Source of the DNA: Gemmatimonadales bacterium
GTDB taxonomy: Bacteria > Gemmatimonadota > Gemmatimonadetes > Gemmatimonadales > GWC2-71-9
Direction of reading: 5' to 3'
Assembly: GCA_038321865.1 (NCBI GenBank)
Contig: JBBQFH010000003.1
Span: 1 to 64,000 of the forward strand
Length of the DNA stretch: 64,000 bases
In this document: in pieces, positions 61,020-64,000 of the stretch
Position numbering within the stretch: position 1 is the first letter of the stretch
Layout: every line of letters begins with the position of its first letter
The notes under the pieces: model-generated
Seen by the model: the letters and a program-made list of their open reading frames with translations, nothing else
Database searches by the model: none
What the model was told of the DNA's origin: nothing
Translations under genes and position numbers: made by a program

Positions 61020-62534
61020 TTGGTATTCGTGCACCAGCCGATCGAGAAAGCCGAGCCGACCACGTCGTCCGAGGCGTTATTGGCGCGACTCGCGACCGGC
61101 GCCTTCCTGACACCCTGGAGCTACCCCCGTGTGCACCGGAACCAGCCTGCCCAGAGCGGAGCGGTCATTGGCAAGGAGCTTTGTGACCTTCTTGTCGTCT
61201 TCGGCAAACATGTCATCATCTTCTCAGACAAGGCGTGCGCGATCGGTCGCTCCAGCGACCTGCAGAAGGACTGGTCTCGGTGGTATCGGCGGGCAGTACA
61301 AGCCTCTGTGCGGCAGGTCCTAGGCGCAGAGCGCTGGCTGCGAGAGCATCCGGACCGGCTATTTCTGGATCCACGGTGCACGACGCCGTTCCCATACGCC
61401 CTGCCGCCTGCTAGTGAAGCGGTCTACCACCGTATCGTCGTCGCGCGCGGCGCAAGCGTGCGCTGCACTCGCGAACTCGGCGGTTCCGGGAGCATGATGG
61501 TGCAAAGCCACGTCACAGGCGAGCCAGATGCTACTCCCCCGCCTTTCACGGTTGGTAATCCCAGCCCGCAGCATGGGGTGATCCACGTACTCGACGATAG
61601 CACGCTGACGTACATCTTCGAGGCACTGGATACGATCGTGGACTTCACTGACTACCTCGACCGGAAAGAGCGGCTGTTCACTTCGGAGGTTGAAGTCTGG
61701 TCAGCAGGCGAGGAGGAGCTTCTAGCTCACTACCTCAAGAACGTGGGATCTGACGGTCACCACGATTTCGTAATCCCACCTGACACGAACGCAGTGGCGT
61801 TCGAGGAAGGAATCTGGGAGGACTTCCAGCGCAATCCCCAACGCATCGCTCAGCTCGAGGCAAACCGGATTAGCTATGCTTGGGATCGGCTCATCGAGGT
61901 GTTTAGTGAGCACGCCTTCGCCGGAACTTCCCAGTTTATATCTCACCCAGGCTTCGGCACTCACGAGCAGTTGCTCCGAGTGCTAGCGAGCGAGGGTCGA
62001 ACGCAACGCCGAGGACTCGCGGAAGCACTCTTCGGCATTCTCAGGGACACTCCCTCCCATTTGCGCGGGACGCGGGTGGTGATACCAGAGCGTCCGGACC
62101 TCCCGTACTATGTGTTCTTGCTGTTGCCGTGGAGGGATGACAAGCCTGACGAAGTGAATCGCCTAGTCAGGCGCAACTTCCTCGAGGCATGCTGCCTGAC
62201 CGTCAAGCTGATACGTCCCGAGGCGCAGACCGTCGTTGGACTTGCGACGGAGAGCGGTCGGACGAATGGAGGATCCGAGGACCTCCTGCTCCTCGACGCG
62301 CGCAAATGGACCCCGGAATTAGAAGCAGAGGCGCGAGAGCTACGCAGTAGGCTGCACCTATTTCCGGAAGTTACACTGCGACCGTATCATCTTAGAGAGT
62401 ATCCTGAGGTCAGTGATGACAAGCCACGCCGGCATGGAACCCGACCGCCAAATAGACCCGCCGGAGGGCCGAGCCGGAACGGCCCCTGCCCGTGCGGCAG
62501 CGGGAAGCGCTTCAAACAGTGCCACGGCAAATAG
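61020..62534 (+). CDS. Cassette 13: NERD-like nuclease-domain protein with C-terminal SEC-C motif
   Basis: KELCDLLVVF...IIFSDK...Q; RNGPCPCGSGKRFKQCHG. Confidence 0.8.
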   Translation: MVFVHQPIEKAEPTTSSEALLARLATGAFLTPWSYPRVHRNQPAQSGAVIGKELCDLLVVFGKHVIIFSDKACAIGRSSDLQKDWSRWYRRAVQASVRQVLGAERWLREHPDRLFLDPRCTTPFPYALPPASEAVYHRIVVARGASVRCTRELGGSGSMMVQSHVTGEPDATPPPFTVGNPSPQHGVIHVLDDSTLTYIFEALDTIVDFTDYLDRKERLFTSEVEVWSAGEEELLAHYLKNVGSDGHHDFVIPPDTNAVAFEEGIWEDFQRNPQRIAQLEANRISYAWDRLIEVFSEHAFAGTSQFISHPGFGTHEQLLRVLASEGRTQRRGLAEALFGILRDTPSHLRGTRVVIPERPDLPYYVFLLLPWRDDKPDEVNRLVRRNFLEACCLTVKLIRPEAQTVVGLATESGRTNGGSEDLLLLDARKWTPELEAEARELRSRLHLFPEVTLRPYHLREYPEVSDDKPRRHGTRPPNRPAGGPSRNGPCPCGSGKRFKQCHGK

Positions 62535-62551
62535 GTCCAGTTATGCTTGCG

Positions 62552-62647
62552 GCCTAATCACTGCATGCAGCTGACAAGGGCACCAGGCCACGAGGCATTG
62601 GCGAACATATTGTAGGTGCCCTTGCAGCTGATGCGAGGGCATTAGAC
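62552..62647 (+). repeat. attC site (AAT/ATT core)
   Basis: GCCTAAT...ATTAGAC. Confidence 0.92.
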
Positions 62648-62700
62648 GTCTGCCGAGTTTGGCAGTAGCTTTCCAAAGCCCTTCTTCCCTGGAACCCTCT

Positions 62701-62907
62701 ATGGTTATCACGATCGAACTGGAGCGCGAGACGGACGGCCGCTGGATCGCCGAGGTCCCGAGCCTGGCCGGGGTGGTGACCTACGGGGCCACACGCGACG
62801 AGGCCGTGGCCCGGGTCCAAGCCCTGGCGCTCCGGGTCTTCGCCGATCGCCTCGAGCACAGCGAAACCGCCCCCGAACTGCTGGATCTGCACTTCCAAGC
62901 CGCGTGA
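62701..62907 (+). CDS. hicB: HicB-family antitoxin
   Basis: IELERETDGRWIAEVPSLAGVVTYGATRDEA. Confidence 0.85.
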   Translation: MVITIELERETDGRWIAEVPSLAGVVTYGATRDEAVARVQALALRVFADRLEHSETAPELLDLHFQAA

Positions 62908-62945
62908 GCGACTGGCCGGCCACCAAGGCACGGCGGTCGAGCTAG
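62904..62945 (+). pseudogene. Truncated HicA-like toxin start
   Basis: GTG overlapping hicB stop, MSDWPATKARR then early stop. Confidence 0.5.
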
Positions 62946-62959
62946 GTGAGGGCGCGCGG

Positions 62960-63244
62960 CTAGTAGTGGTAGCGGGCTTGGAGGAATTCGATGCGGTCCG
63001 CGAACACCTCGTACACCAAGCGGTCCGCTTCGTTGATACGTCGCGACCAGACGTTGCCGCCAAGGTGTTTCAAGTGCTCGGGCTTGCCGAGGCCGGCGAA
63101 GGGTTCACGCAGCACGGCCTCCATCAGATCGAGCACGCGCAAGGCGGTCTTCCGGTTCGTGTCCACCCAGTAGTGGAGATCCTCGCGGAATTCGTCCTGG
63201 AGCGCCGCCACCCGCTTGGTCGAGGCCATGGCGGTGTCAGACAC
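62960..63244 (-). CDS. yoeB: Txe/YoeB family toxin
   Basis: EDLHYW, PFAGLGKPEHLK, WSRRINEADRLVY, QARYHY. Confidence 0.93.
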   Translation of the reverse strand: MSDTAMASTKRVAALQDEFREDLHYWVDTNRKTALRVLDLMEAVLREPFAGLGKPEHLKHLGGNVWSRRINEADRLVYEVFADRIEFLQARYHY

Positions 63245-63247
63245 CCA

Positions 63248-63535
63248 CTACGCGGGGTCCTCGAGGCCGAGCTCACGCCGCACGGCACTCAGATCCTGGG
63301 TTCGCGTCCGGCCGCGGCGGCCGCGCGTGAGGGCCGCCAGCAGCCGAGCGGCATTCTGCGGCGAGCGCAGCAAATAGGCGGTCTCGCGCAGACTGGCGAG
63401 CTCATCGGCTGGAATCAGGGCCATGTCTTCGTGGCCCCGGCGCTGGATGACAGCCACGTCGCGGCTATCCTCGACGGCGTTCCAGATGTCCGCAAGGTGT
63501 TCGCGGGCATGACTATAGCTGACTTTGATGCTCAT
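63248..63535 (-). CDS. yefM: Phd/YefM family antitoxin
   Basis: VSYSHAREHL, LRETAYLLRSPQNAARL. Confidence 0.93.
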   Translation of the reverse strand: MSIKVSYSHAREHLADIWNAVEDSRDVAVIQRRGHEDMALIPADELASLRETAYLLRSPQNAARLLAALTRGRRGRTRTQDLSAVRRELGLEDPA

Positions 63536-63550
63536 GGCGCCTCCGTTTGA

Positions 63551-63573
63551 CTTGTACAGAGACATTGTACAAG
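63551..63573 (-). promoter_or_regulatory. YefM-type operator
   Basis: Two TGTACA palindromes (63553, 63566) just upstream of yefM. Confidence 0.7.
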
Positions 63574-63607
63574 ATAAGCGCTTTGCGGTCAAGGTCTGGC
63601 AGCGCCT

Positions 63608-63704
63608 GCCCAATCACTGCATGCAGCAGACAGGGCCACCCGAGTTCATGCCATTAGCATAGAATTGATTAGTGGGCCCTGCAGCTGATGCGAGGGCATT
63701 AGGC
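63608..63704 (+). repeat. attC site (AAT/ATT core)
   Basis: GCCCAAT...ATTAGGC. Confidence 0.92.
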
Positions 63705-63725
63705 CACACGAGGAGGCCTCGAAGA

Positions 63726-64000
63726 ATGCGCGTCTGGTACCCGGCGTCCCTTGCCCTGTTCATGACCGTTAGCGCATGCGGGGGCAGCTCCATCTGGCAG
63801 GGCCCGACCCCCCGCCTGAGGCAGCCCGGTCGCTCCCAGAGTGTGGTCGGTCGCTGGGCTCTGGTCTCGCTCGTGCGCAATGGGGAGGACTTGACCGACC
63901 GCATGAGGAGCGCCGGCGTTGTCAGCTACTACACGTTCGACGCTGACGGTACCTTCCGCATCATGCGGGGCGACTCCATCACGGAGACAGGCACGTGGTC
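63726..64000 (+). CDS. Cassette 15: lipocalin-like lipoprotein (partial)
   Basis: GAGGAGG RBS, VSAC lipobox, VVGRWAL...TFDADGTF...TGTW. Confidence 0.65.
   Translation, partial: MRVWYPASLALFMTVSACGGSSIWQGPTPRLRQPGRSQSVVGRWALVSLVRNGEDLTDRMRSAGVVSYYTFDADGTFRIMRGDSITETGTW

Larger units (their letters stand above)
51341..64000 (+). mobile_element. Integron: intI, attI and at least 15 cassettes (continues past the window end)
   Basis: Integrase plus 14 homogeneous attC sites in direct orientation. Confidence 0.95.

Noticed and set aside
54137..63704. CRISPR array or REP/MITE interpretation of the ~97-bp repeats
   Set aside because: Repeats are separated by whole genes, all in one orientation, have attC R/L architecture and lie next to intI; no cas genes or target-site duplications.
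10933..63704. ATT/AAT cores as sequencing error
   Set aside because: The change is on both arms of 17 sites and keeps base pairing, while canonical GTT/AAC is read at 11398 and 12255.
1..64000. tRNA, rRNA, IS transposase or prophage genes
   Set aside because: None recognised by eye; a tRNAscan/Rfam run would be needed to exclude small RNAs.

Overview
GC-rich bacterial chromosome segment; gene content suggests Gemmatimonadota, which is an inference. Housekeeping blocks: dnaK, GFO oxidoreductase, ATP-dependent ligase, rhomboid, fatty-acid desaturase, deoC and aldehyde dehydrogenase (1-10 kb), and a phosphate locus with porin, pstS x2, pstC, pstA, pstB x2, phoU, ppx and a divergent TonB receptor plus lipoproteins (31.5-46 kb). 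The main feature is an integron. intI (51341-52336) is transcribed toward an array of at least 15 cassettes starting at 53243. A second array about 41 kb upstream (from 10322) has no adjacent integrase but starts at a similar attI-like site. All 17 intact attC sites (96-99 bp) have the normal attC architecture, but carry a compensatory AAT/ATT core instead of the textbook AAC/GTT, and both attI-like sites also read ATT. This suggests an integron with altered crossover specificity. One canonical GTT/AAC cassette (TIR protein) sits stranded between two half-attC sites. Cargo includes candidate defence proteins and toxin-antitoxin genes. A module of two paralogous secreted Cys/His-rich proteins, a beta-propeller and an ECF sigma factor lies at 23.2-26.4 kb.
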